DNA of 62,780 nt, counting the filler, from Sphacelaria rigidula (Eukaryota), in assembly GCA_964200075.2 (NCBI GenBank). It is 5 parts of 5 records of this genome, joined end to end, with 100 filler letters (N's around TTAATTAATTAA, not from the genome) between each part and the next. Parts side by side here need not be neighbours in the genome. Positions count along the whole stretch, not along the records: positions 50,306 to 62,780 come from CAXNAA020003729.1; 4 more parts are not named here. One strand, written 5' to 3'. Numbering within the stretch: position 1 is the stretch's first letter; each line of letters opens with the position of its first letter. The notes beneath the pieces were generated by a model. The model searched no databases. It was not told where the DNA came from and worked only from the letters and a program-made list of their open reading frames with translations. The position numbers were made by a program, and so were the translations under genes. Positions 50,501 through 62,780 of this stretch are shown piece by piece.

Positions 50501-52443
50501 CTGCAGGTTAAGGGAGCAGACCATGAAGACGACAGCCACGGCCAGCATGAAGGCCGTCACCACGAAGCTGAACACGTACGACGCCACGCGCTTCTTGGTG
50601 GGATAGTACCTGCAGCAGCAGAATACAAACGTCGTCGTTGTCGTTACTGTTGTTGATGATGTTATTGTTGATGTTTCTCGCCGAGACGTGGAAGCACACC
50701 CGACTGCGCTTTTGTATATCGGATGACATGATGGGTACACACGGTACGTAGTGCTTGCGGCGTGACGGAGGAGGACGAAAAACACGTGTTCAGACATATT
50801 TCGGGTTTATAGCCACCTTACTATTCATGTACATCACGGGATCGCACGGTGCCTGGAGCATATACACCTACGGCAGCCCAAAAAGGGGGGGGGGGAACGT
50901 GCGGACAGTGACATCTAGGCCCTGAAGTTATTGCTCCCTGCGCGTTTCGTCGGGCTGCGCGGGCGCAAAGTGAGACCAGAATTGTTCCTGTGCACATATT
51001 GCATCCATGAGCAATGCTACGGTAGGGATGCACATTTTCCGCGAAATTTTGTGTGGTTCAGGGGCTCCTAACGATTCTAGACGCCCAAGAATATCGGTCA
51101 GAGCATCCCCGTTTGCAAATTTATTCGGGATATGCTCAGCACATTGGAATAGTAATCCTGGCGTACTCTCGCATATTTTCATGAGTCGTGTTTTGGATGA
51201 GTAGAAGGGCTCCTAACAACTCTAACCTCAGAAAATAGTTGTGTACTCCTACCCTAGCATCACTCCCATGGTTTTTGTCGTTCAATTTACTCCGTGCAGT
51301 GTGTATGGTTGATATTTTGTTTCCCCCATTTCCTTTTTTGTTGTCTAGCGTGAGTTTCCGTTTTTGCTTACCTTGGGTACGTATGTCTATTTTGTGGATA
51401 ATGAACACGTCCATCTTGTGGATGATGACCAGTGAATGTGCGACAACCAATCAAATCGATCAATTCATGCGAAGACCGGCACCTCTTCTTCACTGGCAGT
51501 TTGGCCGTGAAGTAGACATAACCTCGTCCGCTGGTCTGACCCAGCATGCGGTACACTGCCGAAATGAAGCATATTTCCCACGGTATGAACAGCCAATACA
51601 ACAGGAGCAGACCTTTCCAGAAATAACAGAGGATTATCGAAAATGGGGTTGAAATAATAAATGAGGACTGATGCCGAGATAGCCCCCCCCCACAAAAAGT
51701 GCACCGGCACCATCCAACGAACCGACTGCGGTCCCACTATTGGGCTCATTTGCAGCAATTTCGTCCACATGAGAGGCGTGTAGCAGTCCGAAATCAGCTG
51801 TAACGCCCAAATCAGTCGCGTCGTGTAGCACGAAACGAGCTTTCACGGCAGTTATGATCATCGCCTCCGTGCACTGGTTTGGCCGATCCGGGGGGGGGCT
51901 ATCTCGGCAACAGTCTGAGGTTCAACTCAAAATCCGTGCTTTCCCTGACCTGAATTCATGACAGATGACCTTCATATGGACGACCTCATCCCTCCCGACC
52001 TCCCTAGAGCTGTTTCGAGGGATTTCTAGCCTTCCGTTCCCCCCGAGGGTATGTGCAAAAGCAAGATTTGGGGGTCAAGAAGCGTCTCTTTTTCACCCCG
52101 AAATCGAGACATAAGTGTAGTTTCGCACATACCCCTCGGGGGAACGGAAGGCTAGCAATTCCCCGAAATAGTTTGAGGGAGATCGGGAGGGATGAAGTCG
52201 TCCATATGAAAGTAATGTGTCATGAATTTAGGTCAGGGAAAGTACGGCTTTTGAGTCAGTTGCACCTAATTTTTTCTTCAACCCCGTTTTCGAGAATCCA
52301 CTGTTAAATGCTATAAGTACCCTTGAGCGAAGGGTGGCCGTGGTCGGGTAGGGATCGAGTTCTTTCACCACCACAACACGTTTCCTGTCACACTGTACTG
52401 CGTTGTTTTTTTCCTAGGCATTACGTTTCAGATCTCAGCCACA

Positions 52444-52474
<31 letters not shown>

Positions 52475-53408
52475 CCGCCTAGCGCTTATAACTTTCCTGT
52501 TTATTTTCTGATAGAAAACAAAAACAGTCTGGAGAAATAACTCTTTTATTGCATGACATTTGCGTCGCCGCAAAGAAGCGGTCAACGAACACACATGCGA
52601 ATCGAATCACTTCCTCGTAGATTTAAAGGTGTACTTGTACGCCGCTGGGCGCCGCGGTCGTCTAAATGAAAATGGTGCAAGTGACACTTGAAATCATCAG
52701 GGCGGAGAGAACGCCGATTCGAGTCCCACTTGATGCGCTTTGGTATTTTTTTATTCGAAGTCTCTTGATTCCCACCGTTGACAGCATGAGGACGTGCGTA
52801 GACAAGGACTTGGCTGAGTTTCTTTGACGAGAGTTGACGCGGTGCGGGAGTGTTTGGTCATGATCGCATCCGCGAGACAGCAGCATGGTATCAACAGCAG
52901 TATCCCAAGAAGTATACCCCCTCCAGGCTCAAAAGGTCAAGCTGGTGTACCTTTTTCCAAGGCTCAGTACATTACATCTACGCGGCGTCCCCTGACCATA
53001 CCCTAGAAGGGTGTTCATTCCTCCCTCCTGCTGAGGCAGAGTTAGTTTGCTAGATCCCTTACCGCTCCTTCTCGCCGGTGATAGGTGAAATCCTCTCCTC
53101 CCCGACGAACTCTGAGCGAAGAACGTCCTCCTCGCTCACCAGTGACGTGCCGAAGCGCCATGCCCTGGAAGAAGACACAACGCGAACAAAAAGGGAAGAG
53201 AGTAAACACGGATAAAATATCGTAGGAGACCCTGCGGAGGAGAAGATCCAAGATGACATCTTGCTTGTTACCCTGTCATGTGTCAAGCCTGGTCGAATAC
53301 GAGCCGCTGAAGGAGGCCTGTACATCCAAAAGTATCGTACGTACATTTGTCTCTGTTGCACTCGCCAAACTGCGAAGTATTGATTATTTCTTACTTTATT
53401 TATTGTTC

Positions 53409-53448
<40 letters not shown>

Positions 53449-56400
53449 CGGGTGTTTTGGTTTTGTTTTTTTTTGGTTTGTTAGTCTATTATTGCACCAC
53501 GGCTGGACCCTTGGGGGGTCAGTCAAAGTGCGACAATCAATCCATCAATCAAATCATACGCTGCCGAGATTCCACCAGAAGTGATCCCTCCTCTTGAAAC
53601 GCACTGCTGGCGATAAAACCCCACAGGCCACGATCACGACCGGACGCGACAATATGATTGAAGCACCAAGTCTCGAAACATTTTTGACGGCCGGCCAGAA
53701 ACGAACGTATTACACTTGAAAAATTGAAGTTGCAGATCAGAACTGCACGAGTTAGGCATCAACATTTTGTGATGTGTCTCAACATTCATGTTGCCATCCG
53801 TATTAAGCCGCTGCGCATTCCTAAATACACTGGGGAACCGTACGTGAGCATCGACCGTGGCCCTCGTCCTAGCTGGAAAACGTTTGGCCCCTCGCGCCCC
53901 ACTGTCTTTCGCATGCACCTTTCTTGTCGTTCACACCCGCAGTTCTGGTGAAGTTTTCCATATGTTTTGTCCTATTAAAAAATGAAATTTGCGATATAGA
54001 ATCAATTCTCACAAGGGCTTGGCTTGGCAAGGATGCACCCGAGTCTCGAAAAAAAACGGGCCTGACCGGCTTATACGTTTATATGTACATATAGAGATAC
54101 ATAGAAAAAAAAAATAAGGAGGTATCGATTGACGGGAGTCGCTTGCATGCGCGAGCAATGACCCGTAGCTTGAGATGGGTTTTATCCATACGCGGCTACA
54201 ATCTGCTCATAGTTGACACATTCAACAAATAACACTAACGTTGAGCCTAAGCCGGACCCAGGGCAAACCGAGCACCCTCGCGCAAACGGAGGTGCAAAGC
54301 ATGTCCCAAGCTAAGTGTGCGTTGGTAGACATGAAAAATCGGCGCCTCCGGCGCCGATTTCGACGAAACGCGTTTTTCGCACGCTTGGGGCACTTCGAAA
54401 CGTCAGTCCCACTGAATATCCGAATCTCAGTGTTCGCATCAAAGATTTGAATCTTGTGTCCACACTAGAGATTCACACATCGAACAGATCCTGATCCGTC
54501 TGAAAAATACTTGTTTTCAGTATGCCGATCCAGATCATGATCTGGATCACTTGGCCCCCCTTCCTCATTTTTGCTCCTGAGAGGCACCGGAATCCGGGCA
54601 CGCCGAATGGCGCGAAAACTGCGCTTTGGCTTTCCTGACTCCGCGGTCACATATTTTGTGTTTCTGGACCAACAGATTCGAGAGTCTTCTTTGATTGATT
54701 GTTTCAGGCAGATCATGATCTGTCCGATGTGTGCAAAGATTCGAATATCAGTGTTGCACACGCAAGATTCGAGCCTCCGAAACTTTCTTGCCGCGAGCGG
54801 TGCTCTCGAAAAAGGGGACACGCTAGCATGTGCGACGTGTGTGTGTGCATGACGTGCAAGCGGCCAACCCTCACCATTCCTGACTGGTCCTTTTCCAGTA
54901 CTTTTGGAACAGGGCAGCCCACATCATCAAGAGGAGAGAGTAGAAGGGAGTGTAGGGGTGGTTGTCCGTGGCATGTCCGGTTAATGTCTGTGCGCCAAAA
55001 AAACAAAACGAGAAGAAATAAAAAGAAACATCCACAAGAGAGGAGAGAAGCAGGGGAGGGGTGTGGGGTCAGATCTAAATGACCTACAGTACGTGGAGCA
55101 AACACTCGCTCGTCCGTCTCGGCACTACGACTACTTTTCAAGATCGGTTAGTATCTCGCGCGAAAAACACACACACAAAGATGAGCAGAACATACCAAAA
55201 CGCACACGCAAGCAACGAAAGTAATCACAAGGGAGGAGAAGATGGAACCCCCCCCCGAAATATACAGCACATAGGTGTGCGTGTGTGTATGCGGGCACAT
55301 GTGTGTGTATGCTTGGTCTCTCGCCAACAGTCATATCGCTTCGTCTCAACATCCATGCTCCTCGCTCTCCACATATCACAACAGTAGTAGTGAGCGAGCA
55401 GCACAGGCATTCCTCACGTTACGCCGGCTCGCAACTCTTGCGGCGGCGACGACACACCACGTGCCCTTTACAAGAGCAGGGAACGGTATGGCTGCAGTAA
55501 TACCGTCGAAGTGAATTACAGGTCTCCCTGCCAGGTAACGCACTCCGAAGTGAACAACGCTACGGTAGGGGTGCACTTTTTTCAGGGGCTCCTAACGATT
55601 CTAGACGCACACGAATATGGGTCAGGGCATCCCCGTTCGCAGATTTATTCGAGATATCCCCAGCATGTTGGGATAGTAATCCTGGCGTACTCTCGCATAT
55701 TTTCATTAGTCGTGTTTTGGATGAGATGAAGGGCTCCTAACAATCCTAATCTCAGAAAATATTTGTGTACCCCTACCGTAGCATCACTCAAGTACAGCTT
55801 TCCGCTTCCGCGCGCGCTTTCCACGCACACACCCCGTGCTGCGGGTGACTGTTCGATTGTTTGATTGCCGGGTGCGCGCACTTTTTATCGACATATCCCG
55901 CGGCGATTGATCTCCGGATTCGCCCCCAAAGGAGCTTTCCTGGCTGTACGGCGGTGGGGTGGAAACACTTTTGGGACTTTCTCGATGGCCTATGGTTGGG
56001 AATGCAGGATGACGAATAATGTGTCTATACCTTGTGACCAGAGACGAGGAAGCCCGCGATGCCCGGCACCAGCAACCACCGCAGGTAAAAATTCAACCAC
56101 GCGAAATAAAACGCAGTCTGCTTGATCGGTGATTGCAACCCGCATACGCCCCCCCCCCCCCAATACACACAGACACGCCCCGCACACGCCCACAGTATTC
56201 CGATTCAGCCCCACCAGACGAAGAAGCAGACGGACAGCAAACCAGAGCAGAGCAGAGTAGAGCAGCGAATAGGACGGCGTTAGCGTGTCGTTGAACAGGG
56301 GCTCCTAACGATTCTAGACGCACAAGAATATCGGTCAGATCATCCCCGTTTGCAGATTTATTCGAGATATCCCCAGCACATTTGAATAGTAATCCTGGCG

Positions 56401-59400
56401 TACTCTCGCATATTTTCATTAGTCGTGTTTGGAATGAGATGAAGGGCTCCTAGCAAGTCTAACCCCAGAAAATATTTGTGTACCCCTACCGTAGCATAAT
56501 TCCTGTACCTCTCTTACGTGCTGCGTGCGACATATTTTCTTGGATCGCCGAGATACTTGAAATTGATACGTGCAAATCCACCGCACCCCATCTCTCGATA
56601 AATTTATCGGGTACGATATCTCTCATATCCACGGTCCACGAAGATAGTGCGTTAAGAATCCGACCACGTGGACAGGCCTAGGCTTTCGCGGTCGGCAGCA
56701 CATTTTGCTACATTTTTTTGTCTGAGTTGGTGTGAAGTCGTTCACGACAGCATCGCTTGACGACCGCATGCGTCATTCGGAGGGGTCGCTCGCGTACAAG
56801 TATGACGATTATGATTGTATGATCGTATAATCATGGTTATGACTGTTATTACACATCTTCGTCATCCCTATGAAGGACCATTTCATGGTGAAGCGCATTC
56901 GCGATGTGCTCCAACCTCGTCCCATCCGAGCACAAGTGTGCACCTGCAACAGGAAAAAAAACATTGGTCATCGCTTCTTCCTCTAGACCGCGAGGGTAGT
57001 TCATCTGGATCATGCATACGTTTTTCAAGTGAATTTGATGCCGATTCAACAGATGAACTAGTCTCGCCATCTAACGGTTAACACCCCGAAAAATATCTAT
57101 GAATAATTTGATTTGATTTGATTTGATTGTCGCACTTTGACTGACCCCCCAGGTAGTCATGATCCAGCCGTGGTCTCATGATGGAAGTACCCCAAAAAAA
57201 CACAACTAAAACACTCGCTGAAGAAAAGAAGGAACAGGAAGAAAAAAAAAAAGTCGAACAGAACGACATAGTAGCTTAAGACGTAAAGAAGGAATAATAC
57301 AAAATAAGTCGATAACCAAAACAGTACTCCTTATTGAAACAGCAAAGTGTGCCTTATGTGCAGCATGTATCCCTGGACCCTGCAATCTCGATTCCCCTAA
57401 ACTACTTTCACCAAGGGTTTTCTCCCATCATCGGGCAGCTAGCTCACCAGCTGGCCTGAACTCCCACGAGAGATTGCTGTGTATCCCTACGTGATCTGCA
57501 CGTGCTTCACACTACGTAGACGGGACCCAGCCAAACACAACAGAGCACGAGTGGAGTCCTCACTGTGGTCACTTTTCCGTGGGAACACGGGGTGCTGCTG
57601 GTGCTGCTGCTCATGAGCAAATGGCGACTCACGAGTTGATTGGTTAAATGGTTGTAGTGTGTTTGTTAATTATCTTATCTCCTGCGATTTCAGCCGCGGC
57701 GGCAAGTCAGACATGCCCAAGATAAATAAACAGGAGCACTACTATACATGAAGGAGAAATCTAAGAAAAGGGGATGAAAAGAGGGGGTAGAAGGAAAAAG
57801 GAAAAATAGTAGAATTTGGCGGGGGGCGGGAAGAAGGACGCCAGGCGAGGCCCAGAACCGTGCTCGAAAAAATACCGATAGGTCCCCTCTGCCAGGGCTC
57901 GGCGTAAGGAGGTCGTACAGCCGTGGGGGTGGGTTGCGACTCAGCTACTCGGGGACCACGCTATTCGGGCAGGAAGTCTTACACGCCAGCTCGGCACGGG
58001 CGAGAAACACACAATTAATACCTGCGACACACACAAAAGATGAGGAAAGGAAGGAGGAAGAAGCGAAACTTTGGGACACGGACGTGAAAGGAAGGGGCTA
58101 TTTAATAGAAAACAGGGATAAAAGGCTCGCAAAAACTCAACAGAGGAAGAAAGAGGAATACATATTATACATACATATTGTGGATAGTGTACAATAGTAC
58201 AGTTCGTACCTCTGGACCGAAGTAGTCGCTCATTCCCGTCACGTCTGCGCCGAGTCCATACAGGCAGTTGTTCCACACGCGTGTGCGCGACGTGCACGTC
58301 CGATGTGCCTGCATCACGTCGGTCACCAGCCCTGCGCGCATTTTGTTTTCGCTGCATTTTCATATCTCAATATTGTTTTCGGTGAATTTCCGTTGTATTT
58401 TCGGAATTTTTCGAGTCGTGTGGTTCCGCATGATTCAAGCCGGTGTTGCGCTCTTCATTATTTTCAAGTAAAAAAGAAATGGAGGCACACAAAACAAAAA
58501 AGGGGTAGCATTCTCGAGAAATGATATTTTTCAAAAATGTTTTGTTTCATGATAACTACCGCATATACTACAAAGCAAGAAAATATGAAAACAAAATAAA
58601 ACAACACGGCGAGGGCAGCTCACGTATTTTTGTTTATTTGCTTTACTTAATGCACGCCTGCTTTGAGCGTCTGACGTTGTGTACAGCCTGCACGGATCGC
58701 GAGAGACCGAAAAGTTAGATCTAGTATATTGTTCACCAAGACCGGTCGTGCGATAAATAAAGTCCCGGCTAAGGCAAATACCTGCTACCATGATGAGAAC
58801 CAACAAAACTCACGCGAAAAATATCTCCAGAAACCACATAACTCGCTGATTGCATCTTACAAACAATAAATATACCTACAATACAGCGTATTTGCCAGCT
58901 TGTGTACCTCTATAAATACACAGCGAGCAGCGACTAAACAAACAGGAATATTCTCCACCCTACTGCACCAAAACGAAATTTGAGTCGCGACCTAACCCTA
59001 ACCTGATCGTTTCTACTTGTATTTGTTCGGCCCACGGGTGAAAAACAAACGGAAACACATCTTATTTGTTCCTGTTTTTTTTCAAAGCACAAAGTTAGTT
59101 CAATGTCTCACCGAGGAAAAAAAAAAAAGGAAGGAGAGCAGAAAAGGGTGTAGTTCCTTTAAACAATAAACACCACCACCCACATGTGGGAAAACTGTAA
59201 CCGTCCTATTCCACAGCGCGTCAAATGATGTGTCATTCTTCAAAGCGTTACACAACACTACCCGACTGAGTGATTCCTTTCATCTCACCGGCCAGCTGAA
59301 GTGCGTACACGAGGCCGTAAGATGCGTTGCCGCGAGGTAGGCCGGCAGGAGGGTGTTGGTCGCCGCGTGTGGCGTCCACGATAGAGCGCACTAGGAGTGC

Positions 59401-60233
59401 CTGAAGGATGCATCCGAAGGAGGAACACAGGGCGACGGATGGTCAGAGGGTTGAGAGGCAAGTACATGGGCACAGACGGAGGCGGATGCACATAAATCCG
59501 GGGTCAATTGATTGATTGGTTCATGGATTGATTGTCGCACATCAGCTCATGTTTTTCCATGTCCGAAAGGTTCGGCCGCGGTCACAGGATGCTGTAGGCG
59601 TGCACGTGCCCAAGTGAAACAAAAACGAAATATGCGTCAGGGGAGAACAGGAGCGGAGAGGAGCGGAGAGGAGAGAGTGGAAGAAACGAAGACGGAGATA
59701 GGCGGGGTTACAGAGGGACAGACAGACACGCAAGAGAGAGAGCTGTCCTGAAAATGCTTTTTTTTTTTTTTCGGAAATGGGCATTGAGCACGGTGATATC
59801 GTATGCGAGCGTTTCACATCTTCTCATTTTCTAGTTGAAAGCGTGAGAATCACCTGCTCCGAGGCGGTGAAGAATCCCACATCACAGTAGCCTTCGAACA
59901 CATCCGCAGCTCCCTCCCTTGCGAACTCCAACATCGAACCCCTGCCAAGGAAAAAACACCACACACGTCCAGGGGACCCGTCCAAAGACAATCAAACACA
60001 TAGAGATGGCCACGTGCGATTCATTCATCGGTGTACATAACTAAGTCCACGGGAACTATTTTGACCCTAGAATGTAACCGCCCGCCGGTTCCGCACAGCA
60101 GCATTCATCTCTTCCAACGGTCATCCAGGGTTCCGGGTCATTCAAGTCTGCTCACGTGAAATCTCTTTTCATGAGCCTGATCCGCTCCGCCTCGACCTCC
60201 ATGACGCTTCTGCCGGCGTTCACCACCAAGAAC
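50501..60233 (-). CDS. Anoctamin / TMEM16 family membrane protein (Ca2+-activated channel/scramblase), N-terminal to TM3 exons
   Basis: Phase-consistent exons: 60233-60156 (FLVVNAGRSVMEVEAERIRLMKR), 59941-59854 (...FFTASEQ), 59400-59289 (ALLVRSIVD...), 58331-58210 (...MSDYFGPE), 56117-56031 (TAFYFAWLNFYLRWLLVPGIAG), 54987-54875 (PFYSLLLMMWAALFQKYWKR), 53164-53063 (AWRFGT...RSEFVGEERISPITGEKER), 50609-50501 (YYPTKKR...MVCSLNLQ). DYFG...FYFAWL.FY and W...F...WKR are anoctamin hallmarks. Confidence 0.93.
51009..51265. mobile_element. MITE family B (Sola2-like)
   Basis: TIR GAGCAATGCTACGGTAGGG / CCTACCCTAGCATCACTC, flanked by CCAT/CCAT TSD. Confidence 0.8.
51666..51915. mobile_element. MITE family C, complete copy
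   Basis: TIR GACTGATGCCGAGATAGCCCCCCCC / GGGGGGGGCTATCTCGGCAACAGTC, flanked by TGAG/TGAG TSD. Confidence 0.8.
51925..52256. mobile_element. Foldback/MITE with ~135-bp inverted arms
   Basis: ACTCAAAATCCGTGCTTTCCCTGACC...CTAGCCTTCCGTTCCCCCGAGGG mirrors CCCTCGGGGGAACGGAAGGCTAG...GGTCAGGGAAAGTACGGCTTTTGAGT. Confidence 0.8.
52690..52875 (+). mobile_element. tRNA-derived SINE, diverged partial copy
   Basis: GATTCGAGTCCC B box, followed by the CCACCGTTGACAG..TGAG.ACGTG.GTAGACAA..GCGGTGCGGGAGTG body shared with 39320-39621. Confidence 0.65.
53390..53553 (+). mobile_element. RTE-like LINE 3' end (T-rich 3'UTR and AATC tail)
   Basis: CCACGGCTGGACCCTTGGGGGGTCAGTCAAAGTGCGACAATCAATC. Confidence 0.75.
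55552..55789. mobile_element. MITE family B (Sola2-like)
   Basis: TIR GAACAACGCTACGGTAGGG / CCCTACCGTAGCATCACTC, flanked by AAGT/AAGT TSD. Confidence 0.8.
56297..56496. mobile_element. MITE family B, left-truncated copy
   Basis: CAGGGGCTCCTAACGATTCTAGACGC...GTACCCCTACCGTAGCAT. Confidence 0.75.
57107..57260 (-). mobile_element. RTE-like LINE 3' end
   Basis: (TTTGA)n-TTGTCGCACTTTGACTGACCCCCCAGG..CCAGCCGTGGTC. Shorter remnants are also at ~13590-13647, 43030-43110, 59507-59545 and 61937-61990. Confidence 0.7.
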
Positions 60234-62780
60234 CTGAGCCACAATGGCAGGGTAGGGCGAATGATGGAGGAGGGGGGGGGGGGCGAAGGGGGCGGGGTGC
60301 TAGTTATGGATTATTATGCAGTATACATGAATAATATTTTGGAAATCTCGTTTCGTTTCGTTTCCTATTTCTCCTTGTTTTGTTCTGCACTTTGTTTCGC
60401 GTTTTCACTCCTTTTGCTGTTTCTAGCCCCCCCCCCTCCCTTGTTCTTTCTCATTTATTTTCGTTCCGCGAGCTTTTCCCTTTTGTGTACCTTGGCTGAA
60501 ATAAAAGTGCATTCATGTTCAACGCTCGTCTGACCTGCGAAATTCATACACACATCCGGTATTATGCCCATCTTCACGGCTTCCTAGGGAGGCGTCTTTG
60601 AGCTATTCATCACGTTTCACAAAGTGCTGGGGGTAGATGGCCTTTGCATGCGAATGAATTAACACACGGTAGATATAGGAAGTCTTTTTCCATCTGTGCT
60701 GTGTCACGATTCCACCGCCTGGCATGCCCATCGAACGCGTGTTACAAACCCTACCGCAGTAATTGCATGCCAGTGTGTCGAGTTACGTCTTGGGTTAAAT
60801 TCTTGTCCGCGTGCCCAGGTATCGTTCGTTTTTGAACGTCGAATGAGAACGAATATCCCGCGTTAGCGCATAGAGCTTGATCAATTGGCCTCGATATCTT
60901 CGGGTCCAACTACACCATCAAATGAACGTGAGCGTCTGTACCGAACACGACATCTTGATTAGACACTAGAGATCTGACGACGTCCAAGGGCAGTACGGAG
61001 GAGAGTGTGGTGAATGAGGCCGAAAACCGTCACCGCTTGGGGGTACATATCTTCCCCTTCTGCAACATAGCTTTGATGATATCAGTAGGCAAGGAATCAA
61101 GGTACCGCAGGGCATACAGTATTTTTCGCAACACAGACGGAAGTAACGTACGGTGCGGCACAGACGAACCGTGGTACAGTCAGTACTGTGCGGAGCTGCC
61201 ATGTGTTCGCACTGACTGTAGCGTGTGTTGTGCTGAAAGCCGCGGGCACAACCAAGTTCTACCGTCTGCATAGATGGATGCCCTGGTGTCGCCACGGGAC
61301 GGGTGTTGAAGACTGCTGTTGTCTCCCTGTTGTCGTGTGTTCGCTAACCACGCCAGTCCCCGCAAACACCTACAAATATGCAGGGGCCTTGAAATCAAGA
61401 CACATGTTGCACTTGTACTTGAATACCCCTCGGAAACAGAAACAAGTGACCCTCACCCCAACCACGTGTCTTCCATGTCTCGTTTCGACCTTCAAAATAG
61501 CACCAAAAACGAAACTACACCGGCGACGAACCACCAAATCGTACGTCATCCCGACAGAAAAATGTGTTTTCGGTAAGACTGAAGGTGGTCCTTGCGGGCA
61601 TAAATCTATTCACAAACAGATTTGTACTATAAACAAATTTCACCTGTCCGTGACGGGTCTCGAAAAGACACGGGATAAGCAAATATCCTTGACCGTTTTT
61701 TTGGAGGGGGGTATAATCCCGTGCTATTTTGCTGCGCTACGTCGCAAGGTTTCTCGAAGTTATGTGTGCTGCAAAGTGAAGCCATGGTGTTACTCAGATC
61801 CTAGCTCTGATGCGGTGTGGGCGCAGACGGACGGCTCGCTTGCAATCGTCACCCTCTGTACTCACAGCTTTTGGAGACGTCTTCACGCATCGCACACCAA
61901 CAACTTTGACCACACATTGTATCACATGGACAACTATTGATTGCTTGATTGATTGATTGATTGACTGATTATCTCACATTAGCTGACTATATATGTGTAT
62001 GTCCTTTCGTGTTTGAAAGTACGAGTGGGGGTGAGCAACAAGACCCAGCCGCACGATACTACTCACGATAACCCACGCTAGTGTCACCTCGTTCGCTACG
62101 GGGGACTCGCTTCACTCCAGCTGTCGGGTGTGATGCACGCTTTCATTTTTTCGATTGGCGAAATGCCGTTGCCCTACGGTTCGTGATCGGTCAACTCTGC
62201 CGCATGTTTCGTGGTTTCATGCCATCTCGTTCATGTTTGATTCCAGAAGCCCTCTTCAGTTAGTCAGTCCTCTCAGTGCATGTACTTTTTTTTCAAGTTG
62301 AAATCAGACTGGTGAAAAGTAATAGGCCACGTAAGTGTGCTGTGGCGCGCTAACGTTTCGATAGCAATGAGATCAAAAACGCGGGATCCAGAGCGGTTTG
62401 TTTTACTCTGTGTGCGCCACCCCCTCCCACGTTGCACTGTATCTCAACGGATTGGGGCTTACGGACAAAGAGAGCCTTATACAAACATGCATGTCTCATA
62501 TAGCACTTTTTGATAGCGTGTCTGTTTTTCTAGATAGCCAGCCAGTACAACGCAGTCAGATGGTCGTACAACGCGCGTAATACGTGTGCCGAGGTAGGTG
62601 CTTAAAGGTGACATTTCCCACATGTTTTCGGTATAGTAGTAAGGAACGCTACTACTGTACCTGTATTGACCAGTTTTCATGGATCAAAACCAAACGCAGC
62701 AGGTCGTGAGCCCATCTTTTATGGCAACGTATCTCGATTTTTTTGCTCAAATTCACGAACTCGAAATCGGGGGCGGGGGG

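Noticed and set aside
61188..61940. 250-aa plus-strand ORF
   Set aside because: No recognisable motif, Cys/Thr-rich random-like composition; upstream exons of the anoctamin gene could not be identified here either.

Overview
Eukaryotic, intron-rich, repeat-dense DNA. It is most consistent with a brown alga (Phaeophyceae); this is an inference from the gene set, exon-intron style and repeats. The window is not one locus. It is five contigs of near-identical, descending length (12478, 12476, 12476, 12475 and 12475 nt) joined by artificial N44-TTAATTAATTAA-N44 spacers. Each contig carries part of one spliced gene, reconstructed by hand from splice sites and reading-frame phase: (1) the 3' end of a gene with a Roco/COR-type C-terminal domain (-); (2) a stramenopile class-29-like myosin, motor C-half plus IQ neck (-); (3) a PAPS-dependent sulfotransferase (-); (4) the DUSP-repeat region of a USP48/UBP26-like deubiquitinase, with one probable GC-AG intron (+); (5) an anoctamin/TMEM16 (-). 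Introns are filled with 5'-truncated RTE-like LINE ends carrying (AATC)n tails, a second decayed LINE, tRNA-derived SINEs, MITEs with 4-bp TSDs and several long foldbacks. The most unusual items are a near-perfect ~220-bp intronic hairpin (7869-8356, small-RNA precursor candidate) and a highly structured ~550-nt non-coding element with terminal direct repeats (two copies in contig 3). Almost all ORFs in the supplied track are spurious. No CRISPR, rRNA or intact tRNA was seen.
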